Shown: positions 48,976 to 58,589 of the stretch, piece after piece
How positions within the stretch are numbered: the first letter of the stretch is position 1
How the letters are laid out: the number at the start of each line of letters is the position of its first letter
Assembly: GCA_963778115.1 (NCBI GenBank)
Contig: CAVZSV010000004.1
Coordinates: forward strand, 2,720,001 to 2,784,000
Direction of reading: 5' to 3'
From: an uncultured delta proteobacterium
GTDB taxonomy: Bacteria > Bdellovibrionota > FAC87 > UBA2466
DNA length: 64,000 nucleotides
The notes under the pieces: model-generated
Databases searched by the model: none
Seen by the model: only the letters and a program-made list of their open reading frames with translations
Told to the model about the DNA's origin: nothing
Program-made: the position numbers and the translations under genes

Positions 48976-50598
48976 TTATTTCTCTCCGGCGTTTAACCGG
49001 AACTTTCGCGACATGTCATCAGTAGCCGCTCCGGCAGTCCTAATGACCTCGGGAGTCACAAAGATGATGAACTGTTGTTTGGAATGATCGTAATTTTTTG
49101 ATCTCTGAAAATTAAAGAGCGGACTGCCGCTCGAGTTCTGGTTAGCGGCTCCTGCTCCCCCATTTTGGTTTTTCGACGAAGAGGGATTACGGTTGTAGTC
49201 GGCCGTCATGTTATCCAGAGCATAACCTCCCAATGCCGCCGAATCGCCGTTTTTGACGGTGACCTGCGTCTGTAGGGAGTTCGTGGACACCATGGGCGAC
49301 CCCCCGTTATTACCCAAATACTGGTTGAGGGTTATCTGGATACCGAGCTCGATACTGTCCGAGCCAGCAATGGTAGCTGCTCGAACTTTAGTGACGTTTT
49401 GGACGGGAATAGCTTGTAAACTTCTGATTCCCTTTTCGTCCACGCTCGATGCATAGATCTGTAACGAACTTTCGATGGTTGCCGGCTGTTCAGCCTTGTC
49501 CTTTAGAATCAGCTGTTCCTGTTTGAGTACTCGAGCATGGCCGTGGTCTTTTAGGCTATTTAGTTTGGGAAGCAAAGAAGACAACGTCGCGACAAAGTTT
49601 GCCGTAATATCACCTACGGTGCTGTCGTACTTCACCGACGCATTATCGTTATAAAGAGGCTTCCACTCGAAATTGAAACTCTTTGTATAGTCGTTATCCA
49701 ACTCCACATAGTTCATGGTGACTTTGATATCTTGAGCCGGTGGCGGCGCTTGACGTGGGCGAACTCTTAAGAAGTCGATGATCGTGGGAAGCCCTCCGCC
49801 TGATCCTCCGGCCTTTCTGGGTTCGACTTTACCGCCTTCACCGGAATTTTTTTCGACGAAAGCTTCGGGAAGATAGGTTTTTGCAATCTCAACGGCGCGA
49901 TCGGCATCGAAATCGCTATCCGCGGTTCCTTCGAGCAATACGTTATTATTTAGAACTCTGGCACTTATCTCAGGAGAATTAATTTCTCTTTCAATACGCT
50001 CCGCAATGATATTCATCGTAATTTTACTGATGTTCGCCAAATTCTTAATGGGGATCTCTTTTTTCTTTGGGTCACGGTCTTTCATGGCGTCAACGACACG
50101 CATGATTCGAAGCATATCTTTGGGAAGTAAAATATCTCCGTCGATGACAACGGTCCCTCCCACAGGCTTAATCTGAATTCCTTCGACATCTCCCAAAAGA
50201 CTATCCAGCTCTTCGATAACTTCTCCCATGTCTTCACGAGTGACGCGAACGAAGTAGGTCACTTTAGGAGCGCCCGTGCCATCGTGAATCGTCATGTCAG
50301 TGTAGCCTGCGCTTTTGGGAACCAGACGCAACTTACGATCTTTATCGCCCACCTTAATGCGCTGAAAATCGAAAAGGGAAGGGTCACCCACGTAAATGCT
50401 TCCGACATCAAATTTCAATTCGAGAATCTTAGATACTCCTAAGGATAGAGTGAGCTGCTTTTCTTTTCCGTGCGAAGGGTTTTTGACTTCAATGTTATCG
50501 TCGTCATCGGGGGCGGTATCATTGGCGCTGTAAAGCTTTGCCGTCGCAAATAGCGATAGCAAGCTTATCAGGCACAGTACGGTAAATTTCTTATTCAT
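48976..50598 (-). CDS. RcpA/CpaC-like secretin
   Basis: Signal peptide, T2SS-T3SS pil_N-like and BON-like regions, secretin C-terminus (VKNGDSAALGG, IFVTPEVI). Confidence 0.8.
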   Translation of the reverse strand: MNKKFTVLCLISLLSLFATAKLYSANDTAPDDDDNIEVKNPSHGKEKQLTLSLGVSKILELKFDVGSIYVGDPSLFDFQRIKVGDKDRKLRLVPKSAGYTDMTIHDGTGAPKVTYFVRVTREDMGEVIEELDSLLGDVEGIQIKPVGGTVVIDGDILLPKDMLRIMRVVDAMKDRDPKKKEIPIKNLANISKITMNIIAERIEREINSPEISARVLNNNVLLEGTADSDFDADRAVEIAKTYLPEAFVEKNSGEGGKVEPRKAGGSGGGLPTIIDFLRVRPRQAPPPAQDIKVTMNYVELDNDYTKSFNFEWKPLYNDNASVKYDSTVGDITANFVATLSSLLPKLNSLKDHGHARVLKQEQLILKDKAEQPATIESSLQIYASSVDEKGIRSLQAIPVQNVTKVRAATIAGSDSIELGIQITLNQYLGNNGGSPMVSTNSLQTQVTVKNGDSAALGGYALDNMTADYNRNPSSSKNQNGGAGAANQNSSGSPLFNFQRSKNYDHSKQQFIIFVTPEVIRTAGAATDDMSRKFRLNAGEK

Positions 50599-50637
50599 CC
50601 TACCTCCCAACCTACCCATTCCATCGTCAAGTCACTC

Positions 50638-51555
50638 TCAGTACACGGGAACTGGCTGCTCTCCCACGTAATCATAAAATTTTGGTCGTGGAATCGCTCT
50701 TTGCGGGGGTTGTTTTCCTCCCCTCACATAGTACGAATCCGGTCCCATCACATCGACAAAGTTAGTCGTTCCCAAGCTGCTTAGCGTACGGTCGTCGCTG
50801 TTTCGAAGGAACATCGTGAGCGAGTCGCCGTATACCGACATGACGTAAACGATCTTTTGAGCTTGTTCCGGTGTGACCTCGACGGTGATCGTTTGATACA
50901 TCTGGTCGGTTTTAGCGAATTTAAGAGTGTCTCGTACATCGCCGCGTCCGGGAGCGATAGAGACTTTCTGTTCTTTGGCGACCTCTTCTAAAATATTTTG
51001 ATCGACTCCCTTGGGAGTGTTCATCTGAATCGTTCTTCCCACGGCTAATACCAAAAGGTCTTGCATGAAGACCTTCACCTCCTCAATACCGGAGCCTTGC
51101 GATTTATATTCAAAGTGGGCTGCGAGATCGACGCGATTGCCGGGATAGATCATGTATCCCACGCTAGTCTTGGTATTTACCGGGATACTAATGGCCCGTT
51201 TCCCTATAGATACCTGCGTATCCAATCCCGAGTAAATATTCTTGGAGATAATCTTATTGTCTAAGATCTGCTCGCCTTTGGTAATGGGAACTGCCGCTAC
51301 GGCGTCGATGACGTCTTGGGTATTTTCGATCATGCCCGGAGGAATCATGGCATTGGGGACTGCGACTTCCTCGATATCAGTCGGGCGGATGGTCTCATAC
51401 TGCAAGATATCCCGGCGTGCCACTACCATGCGGCGGTAGGGTTGGCCGTATTTAGCTTCCAGCTCGGCATTCTTCGTTGAGATGAATTGGTAGACCAAAT
51501 ACATCGCAAGTGCTGAGAGCCCTATGGATAATAGAAAAGCGCGACGTTCCATCAT
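50638..51555 (-). CDS. cpaB: Flp pilus assembly protein CpaB/RcpC
   Basis: SAF-like VVARRDI, GKRAISIPV, PGNRVD, ITVEVTPEQAQ, LRN. Confidence 0.88.
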   Translation of the reverse strand: MMERRAFLLSIGLSALAMYLVYQFISTKNAELEAKYGQPYRRMVVARRDILQYETIRPTDIEEVAVPNAMIPPGMIENTQDVIDAVAAVPITKGEQILDNKIISKNIYSGLDTQVSIGKRAISIPVNTKTSVGYMIYPGNRVDLAAHFEYKSQGSGIEEVKVFMQDLLVLAVGRTIQMNTPKGVDQNILEEVAKEQKVSIAPGRGDVRDTLKFAKTDQMYQTITVEVTPEQAQKIVYVMSVYGDSLTMFLRNSDDRTLSSLGTTNFVDVMGPDSYYVRGGKQPPQRAIPRPKFYDYVGEQPVPVY

Positions 51556-51558
51556 AAG

Positions 51559-52506
51559 TTAGTACCTAGGTACGGGTTGATTGCCCAACATATCCTGATA
51601 ACGCGGTTTTGGTGGCGTAATGGGCAATGGCCTTTGTTTGCTTCTTCCGTAATCACTGTTCGGACCGAGAACGTCATCGAGTATGGTGCTTCCCGCTTTC
51701 ACGACCTCTATGTCCGTCGAGTTTCTTAGGGTCAGGTAGACTGCCCGATCCCCAAATTTGTGAGTGAGAAAGATAATTTTCTGAGCATCATCTTCGTTTA
51801 GTTGCAAAGTGATGTTGGCATAATTGTCGTCTGGACGAGACGTGTTTAGCGCGTCAGTATTATTAGGGAAGAGATCTTTTCGCTTCACCTTAGCATTGGC
51901 CTCTTCCAGATAACCCAGCAACTCGCGATCGACTCTTGTCGGAACTTCATTTTGCAAATGCTTTCCGGTGGCCAATACCAGTGCATTTTGGATAAGCGTT
52001 TTTACTTCGAGCATCGTAGTGCCATTGGCGTCATAGAGCGGAGCGATGAGCACATCGACGCGATTTCCGGGCCGGATGAGGCGTCCTACCGCATTCTGCG
52101 GCGATACCAGAAGCGTGACCGCTCGTTGCTTTAACTCCACTTGTTGTTCAAGAACCGGTTTGCCGTCAGGCTGCACCAACTTGGTGAGCGTTACTTGCTC
52201 GCCTTCAGCGATGGGAACATAAGCCGCTTTGCCGATTACATCTTCGGGCTTGGTAACGGTAAGAGGCTGTTTAAAACTTTTAAAGACCTTCGTAATGGAA
52301 ACCATATCAGGTTGAATCGTGGCATACTCAGGAATGGAGTTGGTTTTGTTCTTATCGAAGTATGGGCCTTCGGCGACTACGACGTCGACCCATTCTCCGA
52401 AACTCGACGTCAATTCTTTCTCTTTAACGCTGACGTATGCGTTGATGAGAAGCATCGATACTAAGAAGCAAATCAGCGATATGATGATGGCTCTTTTATT
52501 TTCCAT
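51559..52506 (-). CDS. cpaB: Flp pilus assembly protein CpaB/RcpC (second paralog)
   Basis: VVVA, RAVTL, RPGNRVDV, QN.LVLA.G, LTLRN. Confidence 0.88.
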   Translation of the reverse strand: MENKRAIIISLICFLVSMLLINAYVSVKEKELTSSFGEWVDVVVAEGPYFDKNKTNSIPEYATIQPDMVSITKVFKSFKQPLTVTKPEDVIGKAAYVPIAEGEQVTLTKLVQPDGKPVLEQQVELKQRAVTLLVSPQNAVGRLIRPGNRVDVLIAPLYDANGTTMLEVKTLIQNALVLATGKHLQNEVPTRVDRELLGYLEEANAKVKRKDLFPNNTDALNTSRPDDNYANITLQLNEDDAQKIIFLTHKFGDRAVYLTLRNSTDIEVVKAGSTILDDVLGPNSDYGRSKQRPLPITPPKPRYQDMLGNQPVPRY

Positions 52507-52517
52507 ATAAGTTCCGT

Positions 52518-52880
52518 CTAATTACAACTGGGTTCCATGCAAATTCCTACCGCGTTATTCACAACGTTCTGGTTTGGGGAGTTAAAAATGATTCGTCGAA
52601 CTGGCGGCGCTCCACCATTCGCATCCATGTACTGCACCCCAATAAAATTTTTTGTGATGAGCTGCTTTGCGACGTCGTCTACGACAAAGACGGCACGGTT
52701 ATCTAACCTTTCGTACATGTTCATCGCGGCATATCTTTGCGCGACGTGTGAAGTATGGATCATGTGATAGGCGTTGATAGTATAGTAGAGTAAAAAAACT
52801 AAGAAGGGCAGGGATAGACCGGTTTCTATCGCGGCTTGTCCTTTTCGGCATCTTAATAATTTTTTAACAGCCGTTATCAT
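52518..52880 (-). CDS. TadE-like pseudopilin
   Basis: KG|QAAIE class III signal followed by a TM segment. Confidence 0.75.
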   Translation of the reverse strand: MITAVKKLLRCRKGQAAIETGLSLPFLVFLLYYTINAYHMIHTSHVAQRYAAMNMYERLDNRAVFVVDDVAKQLITKNFIGVQYMDANGGAPPVRRIIFNSPNQNVVNNAVGICMEPSCN

Positions 52881-53394
52881 CCATTAACCCCACGTATTTT
52901 CCGCCTGAAACTCCGATAGGAAATTTTTGTATGAACGTATTGAAAAAATTAAAGCAATCTTCATAACTGGAGTCTCGCCCCAGCCTTGTTTCCGTCGAGA
53001 GTCGAATTCGGCTCTGGGGAATGTTCTGCATAAAGAAGGGAGGCAGATAAAAAAGATCGATGCTGTAGGAGGCTCTAACGCCGGCGGCCTGCTGTCCCCG
53101 ATCTTGACCGTCAAGGAAAGAGAGATTGAAGTTACGCGCGATTCCTTGAACTCTTTGGGCATAGGTGTCAAAAACGATTTTGGCGTTTTGTTGTTGGTCG
53201 TTTTGAGAGCCGAACATGGATTTGTAGGTTCGCGCCGACATGAAGGTCGCGTATTCAATATACTCGCTGGTAATAAGCAAAACCGAAAGGCTGAGAAAGA
53301 ATAAAAGAAAGAAAAGGATAACGACAACGACAATGATAAATTCGATCGCCGATTGTCCGGAGCGGGAACGCAGCTTTTTAAATTGATTTCTCAT
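52864..53394 (-). CDS. TadE-like pseudopilin
   Basis: SG|QSAIEF, TM segment, YATFMSAR. Confidence 0.8.
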   Translation of the reverse strand: MRNQFKKLRSRSGQSAIEFIIVVVVILFFLLFFLSLSVLLITSEYIEYATFMSARTYKSMFGSQNDQQQNAKIVFDTYAQRVQGIARNFNLSFLDGQDRGQQAAGVRASYSIDLFYLPPFFMQNIPQSRIRLSTETRLGRDSSYEDCFNFFNTFIQKFPIGVSGGKYVGLMDDNGC

Positions 53395-53669
53395 AAATGA
53401 AGCGGTTTTAGCCTCCGTTGATCAGAAGGGTGGCCAGACTGATTAAACTGAGGTTTATCCGCCGACCACTCCGCGTTCTCGACCACGTTTTGAATTCCAG
53501 TGAAAAGAGTCTCGAAAATTCCTTGCGTAAATCTCGCCACGGGCCCTCGCACCATGATGTAGGCAACGATAAAGGTCATCGCGAGCAACATTAAGTATTC
53601 GAGCGAGGTTTGGCCCCGTTCGCTGCCTAATTTGCTAACTAAAAGCGATGTATTTAGATCATTGACCAA
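53391..53669 (-). CDS. Flp-like minor pilin (start uncertain)
   Basis: RG|QTSLEY followed by a TM segment. Confidence 0.7.
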   Translation of the reverse strand: MVNDLNTSLLVSKLGSERGQTSLEYLMLLAMTFIVAYIMVRGPVARFTQGIFETLFTGIQNVVENAEWSADKPQFNQSGHPSDQRRLKPLHL

Positions 53670-54175
53670 TGGTAACGCTCCATAACGTGCATCAAAATAA
53701 AGGCGCATAAAAATGCTGGGGCAAAGGGGATTCTGTGAGACAGCTTTGCATTTAATCCGGCATTCTTGTTTCCGAGATTTTTCCAGTGCCCGGCTACTGA
53801 CTTAGCCCCCTCTTTTAAACCTAGATGGGCCGTTAACGTGACGCCTCCCACAAGGGCTGCGATTAAAATTCCGAGGAAGCCTAATTCAAGGACTGTGTGA
53901 AAATTTGTCCAGGCTGCGGCAGCCATGAGAAGTTTCACGTCTCCGGCAGCAAGCGCTTTTAGGAAATAAAGGGGAAAGAAAAGAGAAAAGGCGACCACGA
54001 TGGCTAGCGCCGAAGTGGTCGCCTGATGAAATCCTCCAGAATAAAAACCGAACGCGACTCCGCCCAACAGATACGATAAGCAGATCCAGTTGAAAATCTT
54101 ACCCCAAATGAGATCTGTGATCGTGGCAGTTGCGAGTAAAGCCCACAATCCGATTTCGAAGCCCCCAGACATCAC
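53654..54175 (-). CDS. cpaA: Prepilin peptidase A24 (CpaA/TadV)
   Basis: TDL...I.N, AGDVKL, IPFAPA. Confidence 0.88.
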   Translation of the reverse strand: MMSGGFEIGLWALLATATITDLIWGKIFNWICLSYLLGGVAFGFYSGGFHQATTSALAIVVAFSLFFPLYFLKALAAGDVKLLMAAAAWTNFHTVLELGFLGILIAALVGGVTLTAHLGLKEGAKSVAGHWKNLGNKNAGLNAKLSHRIPFAPAFLCAFILMHVMERYHWSMI

Positions 54176-54231
54176 ACTTTCCCCTTTGTGGGAGGAAAGG
54201 GTTCAAACCGACGAGGCGACGAGGCGGTACG

Positions 54232-54462
54232 TCAGTGAGGTGTCGAAGGCGTTTGAAGGCCTCCGGCTCCTGACGAACCACCAAACCCCTGACCCGTTTG
54301 CATCTCAGTAGAGACGTTTCGCTCCAGGCCGCTAAGTCCATCTTGGAAAACTCCATTGAAGAACTTAGCTATCTGAATCGAGAACACAGCACCAAAGGCG
54401 ACCATTAAAATATACTCAATGGTACTTTGGCCACGGATACCCTTACGGGGTTTCTTTTTCAA
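54232..54462 (-). CDS. Flp-like pilin
   Basis: RG|QSTIEY followed by a TM segment; GGGAG RBS. Confidence 0.8.
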   Translation of the reverse strand: MKKKPRKGIRGQSTIEYILMVAFGAVFSIQIAKFFNGVFQDGLSGLERNVSTEMQTGQGFGGSSGAGGLQTPSTPH

Positions 54463-54479
54463 AGTGAGACTAGCTCCCT

Positions 54480-54674
54480 TTAATGTCCCGAACCGGCATT
54501 CATCAATTCTTTAATCTTGCCGTTCACACCACCGAAGACTGCATCGATAGTGGCGGGGAGTTTATCTTTCAAGCCTTTGCCGAGCACGCTGATGACCACC
54601 ACGATTACCGCGATAATCAAAAGATACTCGACCGTCGTTTGCCCTTCCTCTTCGAGTAGGAATTGCTTCATCAT
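54480..54674 (-). CDS. flp: Flp major pilin
   Basis: EEEG|QTTVEYLLIIAVIVVV; AGGAGG RBS; first gene of the operon. Confidence 0.9.
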   Translation of the reverse strand: MMKQFLLEEEGQTTVEYLLIIAVIVVVISVLGKGLKDKLPATIDAVFGGVNGKIKELMNAGSGH

Positions 54675-54866
54675 GTTGTTCCTCCTAGATGATCGTTTTC
54701 AGTGTTTTCAAGTTATGACACAACGGGCTACGAGTTAAATTGTAGCAATACCAGCAATTTTAGTCAAAACGCGTCATAACTTAAGCCATTGAAATTCATG
54801 ATGAATAACTGTCCACTCGTTGTACACGTTCTCAAGTAACTTTTCGGATATTTTTACTAAATTGGT

Positions 54867-54900
54867 GAGACAAAAAATGTCGCTGTCTAAGTTTTAGACA
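54867..54900. promoter_or_regulatory. Two adjacent palindromes between flp and the S41 protease gene
   Basis: GAGACA-A5-TGTCGC and perfect TGTCTAA-GTT-TTAGACA. Confidence 0.55.
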
Positions 54901-55016
54901 ACTTAGGCACGCTTGGGGGCAACTAGGAGAAATCCTAATGAAACGTAGCGTCAATTATGTTACACTGCGTCATTCTTTCAAATTGTGGTGGGTTGTAGCG
55001 AAACGTGGGGTGACTT

Positions 55017-57089
55017 TTGGACCAAGCGGGCAAGGGTGATAGTTTCGATCGAAAAAGGGGTATTCGAGGCCTTAGAGGGCTAAGAAATCGGGCTCAAAGG
55101 GTGCTGCGAAAGATCGCTCACTCTCTTCGGGCACAGAGAAGAACTCTCGGCTGGGACGAAGGTTTATCGCTAACCATTCCGCTTCTTCTTTTAATCAATT
55201 TCGCGGTCTTAATCACTTTGCACCAGATGGGGAATAGGCTTGCTCCGTCCACTGCACTCACGGAGACGGAATATCCTTTAAGTTGTCAGCAGCTGGGTGA
55301 AATTGCTCGCTGGAGCAAAATTCACTATGGCGGTGCCCGTCGTTTCAATGTCGATTCAGGGGCTTTCGGGGCTCGCGTTGCCGAAAGTGTCATTGAAAAG
55401 TTAGATCCACTTAAAGTGCTCTTCTTGAAAAGTGAGGTTGAAACATTTACTCACAACTCCGCGGCCGCTTGGAGAGATACTCTCAAGCGTTCCAACTGCG
55501 CCTTTTTTGAGAGTTGGTTAAGCAGGTCGCTTCCTAAAGTGAGAACACGCCTCGAAACGATGACGGCGACTTTGCCCACGCAATTTGAAGTGGGAACGCA
55601 ATCGAAGAATCAGAGTTTGGTGGCCGATGCGCTTCCCTACTTCGAGGAGTACGCTTCAGATGACGTTCAACTCAAAGCGCGTTTGACGTCGGTCGCGAAA
55701 GTTATTTTTGAATATACCAACCCTTTGGTGTTGGGAGCCTACCACCAGGACCGCACCAAGTTCTTGGTTGATTCCATGAAACAGTTTGCCCTGATTGACG
55801 AGGTCCCCTCGCGCAATTTACTAGCCAAAGCGATGCTGGCGGCGGAAGACCCTTACTCTACCTATTTTTCCCCTCGAGAGTTCGATGACTTCTATTCTGA
55901 ATTGGCTGGAGGCTCTTTGGGTGTCGGGCTTAAAGTCCGAAAGGTTCCCGATGGGATGCTCATCGAGAAGATTCTAAAAGACTCTCCCGCGGGAAGATTG
56001 AAGCAGCTCGCCGAAGGAGACGTCATCCGAGCGGTGGATGGGAAGAGTCTTCGCTCTCTGGGAGCGAACGACGCCAAGAATTTATTGAGAGGAAAAGAGG
56101 GGAGTTCGGTAATATTACAATGCCTAAAGGTTAATACGTCCCACGTCTTTTCCGTACGGCTGAAACGCGAAGTCATTAACTACGAAGACACTCGAATCAC
56201 CAAGCGGATAACTCGGTATCACGGGAAGAATATCGCGGTTATCGACATTCCAAGTTTTTACGGACGCGGCGGTCTTGCGGTGGATCAAGATGAGCACAGT
56301 AGCGCCGAAGACCTCGAAAAGGTGGTTAACGAGCTGGTAAACGGGAATAAGAAGCCTGTCGCCATCGTTTTGGACCTTCGTGGAAATCCTGGCGGATTTC
56401 TCGAAGAAGCGGTCTCCATGGGTGGGGTCTTTCTGGGAGATAGCCCTGTAGTGGGAGTTGTGGAGAATAAAGATCGACGTGTGCTCAGAGAGAATCGAAA
56501 AGCGGTGTACCAGGGTCCTTTGTTAGTTCTAGTGGACAAGGATAGCGCCAGTGCTTCAGAAGTCCTGGCGGGTGCTCTTAAAGATCACAGACGTGCAGTC
56601 ATCGTGGGCGAGACCAACAGTTTCGGAAAAGGTACCGTGCAAAGATTGTTTCATCTATCGGACGAACTGCCGCTTGTTCAAAACAGTCTCGATCCTTGGA
56701 GTGGGGTCGTGAAGTTGACCACGAGCATTTTCTATTCACCCCTGGGCCATTCTCCCGCCAATGGAGGAATTAGGCCGGATATTTTTCTCCCCAGGCACGA
56801 AACGCCGACTCGATCTTTCCGATCGAAAAATAAATTCGCAGCGGTTCCGGAAAGCCGTCCATTTCTGGATCACGCGGAATTAAACCAGTTAAAGCGTGGT
56901 GAGAAACCCTATGAAAGTGTCATGGATCGCCTGCGATCTGACGCGCCGAATCTCTTTCGGGAGGCTGAGCGTCAGAATGACATGGCCACGACCGCTAACG
57001 TAGATGTAATCAGCGCTGACGAGGATCGCGTCTTGGCGGACACGGTGGCGGTGGCAGTGGATTACGCGCGCCTGAATCAAAAAAACTGA
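55017..57089 (+). CDS. Carboxy-terminal processing protease (S41A) with PDZ domain; start uncertain
   Basis: DPYSTY, GVGL PDZ, DLRGNPGG, SASASE, FGKGTVQ, GI.PDI. Confidence 0.9.
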   Translation: MDQAGKGDSFDRKRGIRGLRGLRNRAQRVLRKIAHSLRAQRRTLGWDEGLSLTIPLLLLINFAVLITLHQMGNRLAPSTALTETEYPLSCQQLGEIARWSKIHYGGARRFNVDSGAFGARVAESVIEKLDPLKVLFLKSEVETFTHNSAAAWRDTLKRSNCAFFESWLSRSLPKVRTRLETMTATLPTQFEVGTQSKNQSLVADALPYFEEYASDDVQLKARLTSVAKVIFEYTNPLVLGAYHQDRTKFLVDSMKQFALIDEVPSRNLLAKAMLAAEDPYSTYFSPREFDDFYSELAGGSLGVGLKVRKVPDGMLIEKILKDSPAGRLKQLAEGDVIRAVDGKSLRSLGANDAKNLLRGKEGSSVILQCLKVNTSHVFSVRLKREVINYEDTRITKRITRYHGKNIAVIDIPSFYGRGGLAVDQDEHSSAEDLEKVVNELVNGNKKPVAIVLDLRGNPGGFLEEAVSMGGVFLGDSPVVGVVENKDRRVLRENRKAVYQGPLLVLVDKDSASASEVLAGALKDHRRAVIVGETNSFGKGTVQRLFHLSDELPLVQNSLDPWSGVVKLTTSIFYSPLGHSPANGGIRPDIFLPRHETPTRSFRSKNKFAAVPESRPFLDHAELNQLKRGEKPYESVMDRLRSDAPNLFREAERQNDMATTANVDVISADEDRVLADTVAVAVDYARLNQKN

Positions 57090-57294
57090 AGTCTTCTAAG
57101 CCCCTATAAGCTCAGCCAATTAGCAATGTGCATTGCGATGTGGTACCCTTAATTCAACATTGAATCAGGCGCTTGCCTGGCATTGTGTTCAAACGCCTTT
57201 GACTGCCGATGTTGACGAGAGCCTTTTTGTGAGCATAGTCAGCTTAAGGCAACAAAACATAAACGATTTTTCCTAACCTAGAAGGAGCGGAGAG

Positions 57295-57450
57295 ATGGCT
57301 GAAGAAACCGCTTACTGTGTTAAGTGTCGTAAAAAGTCCCCCATTAAGAATGCCCAAGAAGTAAAAATGAAAAACGGTCGACCCGCTATAAAAGGGGTTT
57401 GCGCCGATTGCGGCGTTGGGGTCTATAAGATTTTGTCCCAAAAGAAGTAA
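57295..57450 (+). CDS. Small Zn-ribbon protein (DUF5679-like), absent from the ORF track
   Basis: MAEETAYCVKCRKK...MKNGRPAIKGVCADCG...; 51 aa; GGAG RBS. Confidence 0.85.
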   Translation: MAEETAYCVKCRKKSPIKNAQEVKMKNGRPAIKGVCADCGVGVYKILSQKK

Positions 57451-57542
57451 CGTACCGAATTGCGATAAGATCTTTCGCTTTCGGTTACGTCGCTTTGCTC
57501 TGGATAATTTCTATCTTGTGAAACTTCGTTTCACGATAGAAA

Positions 57543-58589
57543 TTACTTTTTTTCGGGCTTGGGGTCTATCTTTAAGACTGGCTTTGATTCTGGTGCCGGC
57601 AGGTTTTCAAACTGAAGCGTTCGGTTCCTTCCATTGGCTTTGGAGGAATAAAGTGCGGCATCAGCCCGGCTAACCAGTTCTTTGATCTCTTTGTTGGGCT
57701 CGCCGTCCGGCCAGGTTTTGGAGAATGTCGCGGTTCCCAAGCTGACCGTGACTGGAATAGGTTTTCCCTCAAATTGAATCTTCGTCTGCTCGACGTGTTT
57801 TCTAAATCGTTCCGCGAAAACAAACGCCCCGGGTACGTCGGTATTCGGGAGAATGACCATGAACTCCTCTCCTCCGAATCTTCCCGCGATGTCGGAATCT
57901 CTACTTTCACCCTGAAGAAGTTGGGCGACGAGACTCAGTACGTAGTCTCCGGCTTGATGTCCAAAGGTATCGTTTACCTTTTTGAAATGGTCGATGTCCA
58001 CCATGCAGACCGAAAGAGGGGTGCCCTCCCTGTGGGCTACCATGAGGAACTTCACTAAAGTGGTTTCGGTATACACTTTATTATAAAGACGAGTCAGTCC
58101 ATCCGTTACCGATTCTTTTTTCCTTTCCCCATATTTCTTTTGGAGTTCGTTTTCCGCCGTGACATCGCGAATGGTGATAAGCGAGCCCAGTAATTCTTTA
58201 TTAGCCCCCAAAACAGGGACTCCGCCTAAGATTAAGTGAAGTTCAGGAAAAGCTTTGGAACTTCCTTTTAATTCATCCAAACGTAAGGGCTGTCCGGAAG
58301 TCACAATCTGTTTGGAAGGGCATTGACCCGGACAGAGCTCCGTCTTGATTAGCTCGCAAAAATTTCCGATCTTTTTTATTTTTCTGTACGATTCGCCGCA
58401 CAGATCCGTAAAAGCGGTATTGAAATCAACGACGTTATTTGCGGTATCCACGATGCAATAGGCATCTAATAGCACGTCAAGCAACATGCGATTGGCATTG
58501 AGCCATTGTTCCAGGAGCTTTGCTTCCGCTTCTTTTGCGGAAGCAGAACTACCGCCGGAAGGCAAAATATTGTTGCGGATGGCCGTCAA
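57543..58589 (-). CDS. PAS-GGDEF diguanylate cyclase
   Basis: PAS-like N-domain, TDGLT.LYN, DIDHFK.VND.FGH, RDSD I-site, GGEEF, K..GRN. Confidence 0.93.
   Translation of the reverse strand: MTAIRNNILPSGGSSASAKEAEAKLLEQWLNANRMLLDVLLDAYCIVDTANNVVDFNTAFTDLCGESYRKIKKIGNFCELIKTELCPGQCPSKQIVTSGQPLRLDELKGSSKAFPELHLILGGVPVLGANKELLGSLITIRDVTAENELQKKYGERKKESVTDGLTRLYNKVYTETTLVKFLMVAHREGTPLSVCMVDIDHFKKVNDTFGHQAGDYVLSLVAQLLQGESRDSDIAGRFGGEEFMVILPNTDVPGAFVFAERFRKHVEQTKIQFEGKPIPVTVSLGTATFSKTWPDGEPNKEIKELVSRADAALYSSKANGRNRTLQFENLPAPESKPVLKIDPKPEKK

Noticed and set aside
54905..54921. Sigma54-like AGGCACGCTTGGGGGCA before the S41 protease
   Set aside because: GG-GC spacing is 11 rather than 10, and the TTGC element is missing.
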